A DNA stretch of 64,000 nucleotides from Dehalococcoidia bacterium. Its GTDB lineage: Bacteria > Chloroflexota > Dehalococcoidia > Lucifugimonadales > G963668185. Where the stretch lies: assembly GCA_965116985.1 (NCBI GenBank), contig OZ220745.1, positions 2,788,461 to 2,852,460 of the forward strand, given 5' to 3'. Under the pieces are notes generated by a model, which was not told the origin of the DNA, did no database searches, and saw only the letters and a list, made by a program, of their open reading frames with translations. Positions 18,398-27,619 of this stretch are shown piece by piece (positions within the stretch are counted from its first letter, which is position 1; each line of letters starts with the position of its first letter). The translations under genes were made by a program, and so were the position numbers.

Positions 18398-18835
18398 CTA
18401 CATGTGCATTATCTCCACGTCTGGAAATCGCATCGCCTTCAGGTGCTCCGCCGCCAGCCTGCGGTGGCAGTTGTCGGGCGTGGGCTCGGCGCACAGCAGC
18501 ACAACGCCGTGCTCCAGAAGTTCGGCGGGGAACCGGCCCGCGCCGTCACGCTCCTCCATCAGGCTGGCATACCGGCGCTCGTATACATCCCAGGGGCCGC
18601 CGCTCTTGATGTCCTTGAACATCTGCTCGCTCGGCGCCAGAAACGGGAGCTGTACGTAAGTCATGCCCGTCAGACGTTCCGTGAAATATTCGATGTTGCC
18701 GCGCTTGGTAAACCCCGCAAGCTGTGAGTTGTTCCTCAGCCGGATGTCCGCCAGGTATTGTGCGTCAGCGGAGTTGAGCAAGCCGAAGAACTCGCGCGCC
18801 GTCTTGCCGGTGAATCCGATTGTGTAGAGCTTCAT
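18398..18835 (-). CDS. DUF488 family protein
   Basis: MKLYTIGFTGKTAREFF...LADIRLRNNS...VLLCAEPTPDNCHRRLAAEHL is the typical DUF488 N- and C-terminal signature. Confidence 0.7.
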   Translation of the reverse strand: MKLYTIGFTGKTAREFFGLLNSADAQYLADIRLRNNSQLAGFTKRGNIEYFTERLTGMTYVQLPFLAPSEQMFKDIKSGGPWDVYERRYASLMEERDGAGRFPAELLEHGVVLLCAEPTPDNCHRRLAAEHLKAMRFPDVEIMHM

Positions 18836-18956
18836 CAGATTGCCGATTCGTTGATTTGCCTAGATCCTGCTCACGTCCATTTGGGGTAGGCTATCATAGG
18901 CTCATGTCCCACCTGCTGACGCCACCCTGACACGCGCGGGAGACACGGAATACACC

Positions 18957-20309
18957 ATGACCCAGCCATACGACCTCACTGCAGCCCAGGCCGCAGCTGA
19001 GATCGCCGCGCGACGCCTGTCTGCCGTCGAGCTGATGCGGTCGCTGCTCGAGAGATCGGACGCGCTGGAGGGCGACCTTCGCCTGTGGGTGACCTTGGAC
19101 CCCGAGGTTGCCATGACCGCCGCGGAAGAGAGCCAGCGAGAGCTGGACGCCTCCGGCCCGCGCGGCCCGCTTCACGGCGTTCCGATGGGGGTGAAGGACA
19201 TCTTCCACACCGCCGGAATTAGGACGACGGCGTGCTCGCCCATCTACGCCGACTTCGTGCCGGACGCCGACGCCGACAGCGTTGCTCGCCTGCGCGCTGC
19301 CGGAGCGGTCGTGATGGGCAAGACCGTGACCACGGAGTTTGCCTGGGCCGATCCCTCGCCCACGCGCAACCCGTGGAACACGGCGCACACGCCCGGCGGC
19401 TCCAGCAGCGGCTCCGCCGCCGGCGTGGCGGCTCGCGCCTTCCCGTTCGCGCTCGGCTCGCAGACTGGCGGCTCGGTGCTGCGGCCCGCGTCATACAACG
19501 GCGTCGTCGGACTCAAGCCCACGTTCGGACGAATAAGCAGGCGCGGCGTGTTCGCCGTCGCAGAATCGCTCGACACGATGGGCCATTTCGCGCGGACCGT
19601 TGAGGATGTAGCGATCGTGCTTGGCGCTATGGCCGGACGCGATCCGCTGGACCTCGCCTCACCCGGGCAGCCTGTGCCCGACTACTGTGCCGCTCTTACC
19701 GAACGCAGGGCGGCTCCTCGCATCGGTCTCATTGGAGGGTTCTTCAAGGAGCGGTCGACGGATGAGGTCTGGGAGCACACGCAGGCCGCGGTTCGAACGC
19801 TTGAGGGTGCAGGCGCCGTTGCGGAGGAAGCTGGCGTCGCGTTCGACTTAGAGGAGCTGCTTTGGGCACACGGCGTGATCATGCGGTCAGAAGCCGCCGA
19901 CGTGCACAGGCGGGACTTCACAGAACGCCCGCAAGACTATGCGCCCAAGATTCGCCTGCTCCTAGAGGAGGGCAACTCGCTCACGGCCCGCGAGTACGTG
20001 CGCGCGAAGAGGGTGCAGCGGGAGTTTACGCGAGCAATGTCCGCCGCTGCTGAGGACTTCGACGTCCTGCTCACGCCGACCACAGCGACACCCGCTCCTG
20101 AGGACCTGACAACGACGGGAGACCCCATGTTCCAGTCTCCGTGGACAACGTGCGGATTCCCAACCGTCACCATACCGTCGGGCCTGAGTGAGTGCGGGAT
20201 GCCGCTGGGGCTGCAGCTTGGAGCGGCGCCGTTCGCGGAGGCGCGGCTGCTCGGTGCCGCGCACTGGTGCGAAGCGGTACTGGGAGTCGATCTGAAGCCG
20301 CCTGTCTAG
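18957..20309 (+). CDS. Amidase (amidase-signature family, GatA-like)
   Basis: GVPMGVKDIF and GGSSSGSAAGVAA amidase signature (Ser-cisSer-Lys type). Confidence 0.9.
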   Translation: MTQPYDLTAAQAAAEIAARRLSAVELMRSLLERSDALEGDLRLWVTLDPEVAMTAAEESQRELDASGPRGPLHGVPMGVKDIFHTAGIRTTACSPIYADFVPDADADSVARLRAAGAVVMGKTVTTEFAWADPSPTRNPWNTAHTPGGSSSGSAAGVAARAFPFALGSQTGGSVLRPASYNGVVGLKPTFGRISRRGVFAVAESLDTMGHFARTVEDVAIVLGAMAGRDPLDLASPGQPVPDYCAALTERRAAPRIGLIGGFFKERSTDEVWEHTQAAVRTLEGAGAVAEEAGVAFDLEELLWAHGVIMRSEAADVHRRDFTERPQDYAPKIRLLLEEGNSLTAREYVRAKRVQREFTRAMSAAAEDFDVLLTPTTATPAPEDLTTTGDPMFQSPWTTCGFPTVTIPSGLSECGMPLGLQLGAAPFAEARLLGAAHWCEAVLGVDLKPPV

Positions 20310-20327
20310 GACAGGCCGGCTCCCCCG

Positions 20328-21596
20328 CTATCTAGCCTCTGCGGAGAAGACCTTTGTGACGCGGAGCGTCTTTGGCCTGCGTCCCTCGGTCGAGATAACT
20401 CTGATCTGCACGCCGTCCTCGTCCACGATGTCGCCGGGGCTCGGAATCTTGCCCAAGCGTTCGAAGACGAGCCCTCCTAGCGTATCGAAGCCATTGCCTT
20501 CCACCGCGACGCCCACAAGCTCCCGCAGGTCGTCAATGCCGATGCCGGCGTCCAGCAGGAATTCGGTCTCGCTCAATGGCCGTACGTCCTGCCGATCGAG
20601 ATCGAACTCGTCCATGATCTCGCCAACTATTTCTTCAAGCAGGTCCTCGATTGTGACCAGCCCTGACACGCCGCCGTACTCGTCGATGACGATCGCCATG
20701 TGAACGCGGCTGCTCTTGAACTCCTCAAGAAGCTCACCAAGGTTCTTGGCCTCGGGGATGAACAGAACGGGACGCACGGCGTCGGTATCCACGACGGCGC
20801 CCTCAGCGCCCTGGCTGAACCTTTCCAGGATGTCTCTTGCGTACGCCACGCCCAGGATGTTGTCCAGTGAGCCCTCGTAGATGGGTATACGGCTGTGGCC
20901 GGCGGCGAGCATGGTGCTCGTGAGCTCCGCTATTGGCGTGCCGATCTCCGCGGCGATCATGTCCGGCCGGGGAATCATGATCTCCCTGGCCGCGGTGTCA
21001 TCCAGCGTTATCACGCCCCTGATCATGCGGCGCTCGGTCTCATCGAGCGGCTCCCCGTCCGATGTCAGAGACAGTGGCACGTCGGACAGCTCGTCGGCCC
21101 CATCTTCTTGACTTCGCCCTCCCGCGGCTGACGCCAGCATGCTCGTGAGCTTCTGCTGGGCCCACGCCAGCGGGAGCAATGCCTGGCACGTCACGAGAGC
21201 GACGCCGGACGATGCCACGGCAATTCGCTCGCCGTGCGTCCCCGCCAGCGCGCCGGCAATGGTATGCCCCGCCACCGCAAACAGCAGGAAGCCCAGTGAC
21301 GTGGCTCCTATGGGGAGCCATCCCAGTTCAGTCTGGTTAAGAACGAGGTTCGTCGACGCTGCGATAGCGGCAGTCAGAGCGAGCAGGCGCAGGGTTGTGA
21401 GCCCCGCCTTTGGCCCGAGCGGGAGGTCCGCCAGCTTGAGGAAGAGGTCCCTCCGGTCCGGGTGCTTGGCGGCAAGGTTGAGCATTCCCTGGCGTCCGGC
21501 GGCGTAGCAGGCTTCTAGGGGCCAGATGGCCAGGACCATTGCAAGTCCCAGTCCGAGGACTACTGCTGAAACAGTGATTTCTCCGTTCATTGGCAA
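20328..21596 (-). CDS. CNNM/HlyC-CorC family transporter (DUF21 + CBS pair + CorC_HlyC)
   Basis: N-terminal multi-TM DUF21-like region, then a CBS pair (AREIMIPRPDM...), then the C-terminal transporter-associated domain (TLGGLVFERLGKIPSPGD). Confidence 0.9.
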   Translation of the reverse strand: MPMNGEITVSAVVLGLGLAMVLAIWPLEACYAAGRQGMLNLAAKHPDRRDLFLKLADLPLGPKAGLTTLRLLALTAAIAASTNLVLNQTELGWLPIGATSLGFLLFAVAGHTIAGALAGTHGERIAVASSGVALVTCQALLPLAWAQQKLTSMLASAAGGRSQEDGADELSDVPLSLTSDGEPLDETERRMIRGVITLDDTAAREIMIPRPDMIAAEIGTPIAELTSTMLAAGHSRIPIYEGSLDNILGVAYARDILERFSQGAEGAVVDTDAVRPVLFIPEAKNLGELLEEFKSSRVHMAIVIDEYGGVSGLVTIEDLLEEIVGEIMDEFDLDRQDVRPLSETEFLLDAGIGIDDLRELVGVAVEGNGFDTLGGLVFERLGKIPSPGDIVDEDGVQIRVISTEGRRPKTLRVTKVFSAEAR

Positions 21597-21599
21597 CCG

Positions 21600-22352
21600 C
21601 TATCCTGCGGTGGCGGCAATGGCTTGCCGGTCGCGCAGGGCGGCTTCGGTCTCCTCCAGTTCTTGCCTCGTGTTCACTCCGAAGTTTGCGTATGAGCGGT
21701 CGGAGCGGACGGCACCCACAGTCCTTCCTTCTGCGACGGCCGTTGACACGAGGTCTGTGAGGTAGATCTCCCCCTTGACTTCAGATGGCCGGAGCCTGGC
21801 CGCCACGTCCCAGACCCACGAACCGTCGAAGCAGTAGAGACCGGCGTTGACCTCTGTGATGGCCAGCACTTCCTCACTCGCCTCAAGCTCCTCGACTATC
21901 GCCTGCACCTGACCATGCGCGTCGCGGACTATGCGTCCCATGCCTGTGGGGGGAGTCAGTTCGGATGTCAGAAGGGACACGGCCGCGCCGCTGCTCACGT
22001 GGCGCCTAACGAGTTCGCTCACCGTGTTGGGCTCCACCAGTGGCCAGTCGCCGTTGAAGACGGTCACATGGTCGCAGCCTTCGAGCAGCGCACGGGCGCT
22101 CAGCAGCGCGTGGCCACTCCCAAGCGGCTGGTCCTGGACTGCATACGAAACGCCGTTGCCGAGAACCGCCTTGAACTCGGCGTGGTGCGGAGGCACGACC
22201 ACAGCAACCGGCTCGCAGCCGGAAGCCCTGGCGACGTCCACGACAAACGTGATGATCTCGCGGCCGCAGACGCGGTGGAGGACTTTGGGGGTGGAGGAAT
22301 TGAGCCTTGTGCCCTTGCCGCCGGCAAGGACAACGCCCGCGAGTGTTGACAT
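21600..22352 (-). CDS. Sugar-phosphate nucleotidyltransferase (GlmU N-terminal-domain-like, no acetyltransferase domain)
   Basis: VVLAGGKGTRLNSSTPKVLH and QDQPLGSGHAL. At 250 aa it lacks the left-handed beta-helix half. Confidence 0.8.
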   Translation of the reverse strand: MSTLAGVVLAGGKGTRLNSSTPKVLHRVCGREIITFVVDVARASGCEPVAVVVPPHHAEFKAVLGNGVSYAVQDQPLGSGHALLSARALLEGCDHVTVFNGDWPLVEPNTVSELVRRHVSSGAAVSLLTSELTPPTGMGRIVRDAHGQVQAIVEELEASEEVLAITEVNAGLYCFDGSWVWDVAARLRPSEVKGEIYLTDLVSTAVAEGRTVGAVRSDRSYANFGVNTRQELEETEAALRDRQAIAATAG

Positions 22353-22514
22353 GGTTAGTCTGTCGCTTGGCGTGACTGTATTGCGCCGGTAGGCCGGCGC
22401 ATCGCTAAGCTGCTACTGTCAGACGGATCGTCCACGTGCGGAATCCTAGCAATGGCGATTTCACGCTGTCAAGCAAAGCGGGTGGGTGTGTACTTCCAGT
22501 CGCACTTCCCGGCG

Positions 22515-25442
22515 CTAAAGGCGATAGGCGCTGATATCCGGCTTCAACGGCCTCTGCAGCCAGTACGGCCTGCGCAGACCGCCGGGGCCTGGTCCGGGCC
22601 TGCAAAGCGCCTTCCATCGCTGGTACGCCTCGTCAGCCCGGCCGGCGTCTGCGGTGATGTCACCGTACCGATCGTCCGGGCCGGCCGCGACGACGCGCAC
22701 CTTCTGGTGCCAGCAGTGCTGGCCGCTGATCGGGTCCGGCTGCACCGGCATCGCAAGGTTCTGGTGCACGCCGCCGTCTGTCCACCAGAGCCGCTCCGAG
22801 TCCGGGTCCGAAGACTTCCACGCCGTCACGCCCTTCTTCTGGCGCATCGTCCACAGGCCGTCACGGTCCGAGAGGTCCACGAGGGCCGAGTTCCACCGGT
22901 CGCTGCCGTGGTCTTCGTATCGTCGCCACCTGCCCAGGTGGTGAGAGCACGCGATCACGCCCGGCCGCACGGCCTCCGTGACCCACACGCGGTCCACGAA
23001 GTGACCGATCTCTGTCTCCACCCTCGCGAGGTCTCCAGCGGCGACTCCGATCCTCCCTGCGTCCACGGGATTGATCCAGACCGGGTTGGTGTGGGCGATC
23101 TCGTGCAGCCACTTGGCGCCGTTCGTCCTCGTGTGAATGAGATTGGGGAGCCTGAACGTTGGCAGGAGGCAGTACTCGGAATTGCCGTGGTCAATCCTCG
23201 AGCGGTGCACCTGGCTGACCATGTGAGGATGAGCGTCCCTCTCCGCGGAGTTGTTTGGGTAGTAGGGCAGGGCGTACTCCGGCCAGCCCCATTCCTTGAG
23301 GGTGGTCGAGTAGAACTCCAGCTTGCCGGAGGGCGTCGGAAATCCCTGGACTATGGTCCCGTCCACTTTGATGCCCAGCCTGTGACGGCCCCTCTCGTCC
23401 TTGAACGGCCCTGGGAATGGACGCCGATTTACGGTCGGCGGGCACTGCTCGCTCCAGACGAATCCTCGCGAGGAGTCGAGTTCGGCGCCATCGAGCAGCG
23501 TCTCCGACACCGGCTGCTCGTGCCTTGCGTAAACGTCAGTTGTGATCTCGAACGCACCGTAGCGCCGCATGTACTGGCCCGGCGTCAGGCCTTCCATTGA
23601 AGCCTTCTCAGCCAGCCCGGGCACCGAGTTCTCGAAAATCCAGTCGTAGTACTCTCTGACCGTGATCTTCTCGCCTGGGCGGGTTGGCGATTCGAAGTGA
23701 CGGCGAATGCCTAGAGAGCCGTCGGGGTCGATTCGCCAGGACAGTGCGAACCAGAACTCGTTCTCCTCCCACACCTCACCGGGATTTGCCTGCCTGGTGT
23801 CTTCAACGCTGTCTCCCCCGCGCTCCATCGCCTCGCGAATCACAGGCTGTCGGAAGCCGATCCACTGCGACGCGTGGGTCTCGTATGAGTGCAGGTCGTG
23901 CCGCTCCGCGCCCAGTCCGGTGGGAAGTACGTAGTCCGCCCACTGCGCCGTTTCGCACCAGACGGGTGAGAGCGCAACGTGGAGCCCGACGTCTTCGCCC
24001 TCCAGCATAGATATCCACGAGGTGCCGTCCGGGTTGGTCCATACGGGGTTGTGCACGCGGGTGAAATAGACGTCGAGCGGGCGGCCCTCGTCTCGGAGCA
24101 AGTGCGGCAGCATATAACCCATTTCGAAGTTCGCGAGCGGGTATTCCGAAGGCCAAAGCGCCGTGTTCCAGGCCTTCACACTCTTTGGATGCGTGTGCGG
24201 CTGCGGTACGAACTTTGTCCAGGAGTTGGGGATGACGCCTCCCGGCGTGCCGACCGATCCGGTCAGGACGTTCAGGAAGAACAGGCACCGGGCCGACATC
24301 CACCCCCCGAGATGACCCGCCGCCGCATTCCGCCACACGTGGGCCGTAAACGCCGTCCCCGCGGCGGCGATCTCCAAGGCGACGGCCTCGATCTCGGACG
24401 CGGGCACGTCCGTCTCTGCCTCGGCCCACTCGAGCGTGTACGCGCCGTAGAGCTGCTTCAGCAGGCCTAGGAAGTCTTCGAACTCTCCCCCTTGGGGCAT
24501 GGACGAAATGCGGCCTCTCGATTTCAAGTCATTAAGGTACCGAGAGTCTTCCAGTAGTTCTTGCCAGTTCGTCCAGCGCTTCAGAAAGTCGCTGTTGATC
24601 AGGTCGCGCTGAATGAGGTAGTTTGCGATGGCAAGCAGCAGGCCAGGCTCGGTGCCCGGCCATGGCGACAGCCAGCGGTCGGCCTGCGAAGCCGTGTTGG
24701 ACAGCCGTGTGTCCAGCACGCACACTTTGCCGCCTTTGAGCTTGGACTCGATGATGCGCTGCGCGTGCGGCGTGAAGTAGTGCCCGGACTCCAGATGGGA
24801 GGACATCAGCAGCATGAAGCGGGCGTTCTCATAATCCGGGTTCGGCCGGTCCATGCCCATCCAGAACGCGTAACCCGTTCTCGCCGCGGCCGAGCAGACG
24901 TTGGTGTGCGAGTTATGGCCGTCGACTCCCCAAGCTGCCAGTACGCGCTCGGTGAACAGGTCCTCGCCCGGCCTTCCGACGTGGTACATGACGGTGTCGC
25001 GACGTCCAGCCTGGAGCGCCACCCGTATGCGGCCGGCGATGTCGTCCAGCGCCTCGTCCCAACTCACCTCCTCCCAGCTGCCCTTACCCCTGGGCCCGAC
25101 GCGCTTCAGCGGCTTCAATATGCGGTCCGGATTGTTGATCTGGTTCAGCGTAGCCGGACCCTTTGGACAGTTGCGGCCCAGGCTCCCCGGGTGCAGCGGA
25201 TGGCCCTCCAGCTTCCGGATCGTCTTGCTGTCCTTGTCTACGTACGCCAGCAGGCCGCAGGCCGACTCACAGTTGAAGCACACCGTCGGCACAATCGAGT
25301 AGCTTCTCTTGTGCGTGCTGGGCGCGTCTCTAGGGTCTGCCTCCTCCCAGTGGTCCCACATCTCCGGCGGAGGGCTCATGGAGAGTCCGCCGCCCGCGGA
25401 TGTCCGCAAGCGGTCTCGACTGGGCTTCGAGGTGTTGGTCAA
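22515..25442 (-). CDS. Molybdopterin oxidoreductase catalytic subunit (DMSO-reductase/MopB superfamily, Psr/Ttr/Phs-like)
   Basis: FS0 [4Fe-4S] motif CFNCESACGLL...NCPKG. The 975-aa length is typical of large MopB enzymes. The 60 aa before the Cys motif are hydrophilic, with no RR-plus-hydrophobic Tat signal. Confidence 0.9.
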   Translation of the reverse strand: MTNTSKPSRDRLRTSAGGGLSMSPPPEMWDHWEEADPRDAPSTHKRSYSIVPTVCFNCESACGLLAYVDKDSKTIRKLEGHPLHPGSLGRNCPKGPATLNQINNPDRILKPLKRVGPRGKGSWEEVSWDEALDDIAGRIRVALQAGRRDTVMYHVGRPGEDLFTERVLAAWGVDGHNSHTNVCSAAARTGYAFWMGMDRPNPDYENARFMLLMSSHLESGHYFTPHAQRIIESKLKGGKVCVLDTRLSNTASQADRWLSPWPGTEPGLLLAIANYLIQRDLINSDFLKRWTNWQELLEDSRYLNDLKSRGRISSMPQGGEFEDFLGLLKQLYGAYTLEWAEAETDVPASEIEAVALEIAAAGTAFTAHVWRNAAAGHLGGWMSARCLFFLNVLTGSVGTPGGVIPNSWTKFVPQPHTHPKSVKAWNTALWPSEYPLANFEMGYMLPHLLRDEGRPLDVYFTRVHNPVWTNPDGTSWISMLEGEDVGLHVALSPVWCETAQWADYVLPTGLGAERHDLHSYETHASQWIGFRQPVIREAMERGGDSVEDTRQANPGEVWEENEFWFALSWRIDPDGSLGIRRHFESPTRPGEKITVREYYDWIFENSVPGLAEKASMEGLTPGQYMRRYGAFEITTDVYARHEQPVSETLLDGAELDSSRGFVWSEQCPPTVNRRPFPGPFKDERGRHRLGIKVDGTIVQGFPTPSGKLEFYSTTLKEWGWPEYALPYYPNNSAERDAHPHMVSQVHRSRIDHGNSEYCLLPTFRLPNLIHTRTNGAKWLHEIAHTNPVWINPVDAGRIGVAAGDLARVETEIGHFVDRVWVTEAVRPGVIACSHHLGRWRRYEDHGSDRWNSALVDLSDRDGLWTMRQKKGVTAWKSSDPDSERLWWTDGGVHQNLAMPVQPDPISGQHCWHQKVRVVAAGPDDRYGDITADAGRADEAYQRWKALCRPGPGPGGLRRPYWLQRPLKPDISAYRL

Positions 25443-25461
25443 TGGACTTGCCTCATCCCGG

Positions 25462-27018
25462 CTAGCTCAACGGCACCGATTGGCCGGCCTGAACGTAGGC
25501 GTGCTCGTACGCCGCCAGCCCGGCCAGCGCCAGCATTCCGGCCGCGGCCTGTGCCGGCCCCGCCGTAGACAGCCCCGCCGCGAGCGCAAGGGGCGCCGCC
25601 GTGCCGGCGACGGCTGCGTTCCAGAAGTACTCGCGATGCTGCCCGCCGGTCAGATTGCGGATGGCCGCCCTTCCATCAGCCGTCAGGCGCCCGACGCGGA
25701 AGTGGCGCATTAGGCAGGCAAGATGCGCGGCGAGCGTGCCCACTAGCGTCCACTGGGCCGCGTCGACCCATTGCCCGCTACCGCTGAGCACAACGGAGAA
25801 GGCGACGACGGCTGCTGAACCGGCGAGGGCCGTCCGGACCAGGAAGTGCAATGGCAGCAACATGTCCTGCCACAGGTCACGGCCTCTGGCCTGCATAAAG
25901 AGGTACGCCGTATAGATGCCCGCCGCGGCCCCCAGAGGAGCGCCAATCCATCGCAGCGCCTGCGCGGCGGCGTCGGCCCCAACCGCGACGAGGATGAACT
26001 GGACCGGGATGTACGCCCCCAACAGGCCGAGAATCCATGCGCCTCGGGCTACCCAGGAACCCAGCCGAGGCCGCGTGAGAGTGAAGTAGAAGCGGCTGGG
26101 ATGCGTGAGGTCCATAAGCAGGAGGGCCACGGTCACGAGCAGGAAAAGGCCCGCGATGACCAGGGTCCAAAGCTCGTCGGTGCTGTCGAGAGGCCTCCCG
26201 GCCAGGCCCAGGGCAGACGAGACCATGACCGCGCCTGCGGCGACCGACTTCGTCCATGTGTACGCGGACACCTTCCAGTTCCAAGGCGTTGCGTGCCGGT
26301 TGTCGTACGCGAGCATGGCCGCCGCCGCAGTGTCCGCCGGCGAATCGGCGGGCTGTGGCTGCCGGGCTCCATTGTCACCTGTACCGATACCGAGCCCCGG
26401 GCTCACCCCGGATGCCTGCGGCTCTGAGTACGGGAACAGGTCGGCGAATGACGCGGCCGTGGGTCTCAGGGCTGAGTCCCGGCCATTGACGTAGAAGAGC
26501 TTGGGGTCTGTCTTCTTCTCCGGCTTTCTGACCTTAACTTCCTGCTTGGCAACCAGGGCCGCGATCTGGCTGTCCGGATCGTTCAGGTCGCCTACGACGA
26601 TCGCCTGCGTCGGGCACACCGCCACGCACGCGGGCTGGAGTCCGAGGTCAATCCGGTGGCTGCAGAAGTTGCACTTCTCGGCGGAGTTCGAGAACGGATC
26701 GATGTAGATCGCGTCGTACGGGCAAGCCGCAATGCAGGCCTGGCAGCCGATGCAGGCCGAGCGGTCGAAGTCCACGATGCCGTCCGGCCGCTGGTACATG
26801 GCGCCCGTTGGGCAGATGTTGACGCAAGGAGGATCGGCGCACTGGTTGCAGCGGGTGACCTGGAAATGGCGGGAGACGTCCGGGAAGCGGCCCGTCTCCA
26901 CCTGTTTGACGTACGTCCGCGTGACGCCTATCGGGACATCGTGCTCCTGCTTACATGCAACGGTGCAGGCGTGACAGCCGATGCATCTGCGGTTGTCGAT
27001 AACCTTGCCCCACAGCAC
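25462..27018 (-). CDS. Fused 4x[4Fe-4S] ferredoxin subunit and NrfD/PsrC-like membrane anchor
   Basis: Four Cys clusters (CIGCHACTVAC, CNQCADPPCVNIC, CIGCQACIAAC, CNFCSHR..ACVAVC), then a Pro/Gly linker, then ~300 aa of hydrophobic helices. Start is uncertain: GTG 27018 has GGAG 6 nt upstream; the ORF track starts at TTG 27204. Confidence 0.85.
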   Translation of the reverse strand: MLWGKVIDNRRCIGCHACTVACKQEHDVPIGVTRTYVKQVETGRFPDVSRHFQVTRCNQCADPPCVNICPTGAMYQRPDGIVDFDRSACIGCQACIAACPYDAIYIDPFSNSAEKCNFCSHRIDLGLQPACVAVCPTQAIVVGDLNDPDSQIAALVAKQEVKVRKPEKKTDPKLFYVNGRDSALRPTAASFADLFPYSEPQASGVSPGLGIGTGDNGARQPQPADSPADTAAAAMLAYDNRHATPWNWKVSAYTWTKSVAAGAVMVSSALGLAGRPLDSTDELWTLVIAGLFLLVTVALLLMDLTHPSRFYFTLTRPRLGSWVARGAWILGLLGAYIPVQFILVAVGADAAAQALRWIGAPLGAAAGIYTAYLFMQARGRDLWQDMLLPLHFLVRTALAGSAAVVAFSVVLSGSGQWVDAAQWTLVGTLAAHLACLMRHFRVGRLTADGRAAIRNLTGGQHREYFWNAAVAGTAAPLALAAGLSTAGPAQAAAGMLALAGLAAYEHAYVQAGQSVPLS

Positions 27019-27619
27019 TCCGCGCTCCGGCGCGGGGTCGCCCTGGGGCTGCGGACACGCGCAGGTGAAGTCGTCCTCGGCGGTGCCGGGCTCGCCTCGG
27101 TGGCTGTGTGCGGGCAGCGTTGTGCTACAAATGGCGCGCGACCGTCTCTTGGGGTGGAGTTCGGCAGATTCTAACCCCAGAAAGACAGGTACGCAACCTG
27201 CCAAACTGCAAATCTACTCGTTGCTGTCTCAGAGCCTTGAGGCCGCGATGCGCAGCGCCTCGTCGAAGGTCTTGATTTCCCGCACGCCGCGCCTGAGCCA
27301 ACAACTGATAATGCGTACCTATTGCGAGTGTGACGACGTTGGTATCAACGTGCGGCCCGGCTTCCGGCGCGCGATGTTTCAATCACTCGAACGTGCTCAC
27401 TCCAGTCCGGCTCGAAATCCAGACCCTCAACGGCGTCGCATGTCTCAATGAATTCAAGACTTAACTTTCATTATGGGATCTCAGTGTTCTATCTCCGTTT
27501 CCCAACCTTGCGCGTGCCGCCACCCTCAACCATGCAATAGCAGCCATGCCTTCCAATCGTGCCTGTTAAAGGAACCGGCCCCGCTCTTCGCAAGCAGGCC
27601 CCTGATAGAATTCGGCGCA

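Noticed and set aside
25262-25442. Possible Tat signal (SRDRLRTSAGGGL) on the molybdoenzyme catalytic subunit.
   Set aside because: There is no consecutive RR followed by a hydrophobic h-region or an AxA site. The following residues are acidic or polar (MSPPPEMWDHWEEADPRD).
22452-25568. Plus-strand ORFs 22452-23600 (382 aa) and 24561-25568 (335 aa).
   Set aside because: Both are antisense to the molybdopterin subunit, which has the Cys-cluster motif and a continuous 975-aa frame. Their composition is Arg/Val/His-rich junk.
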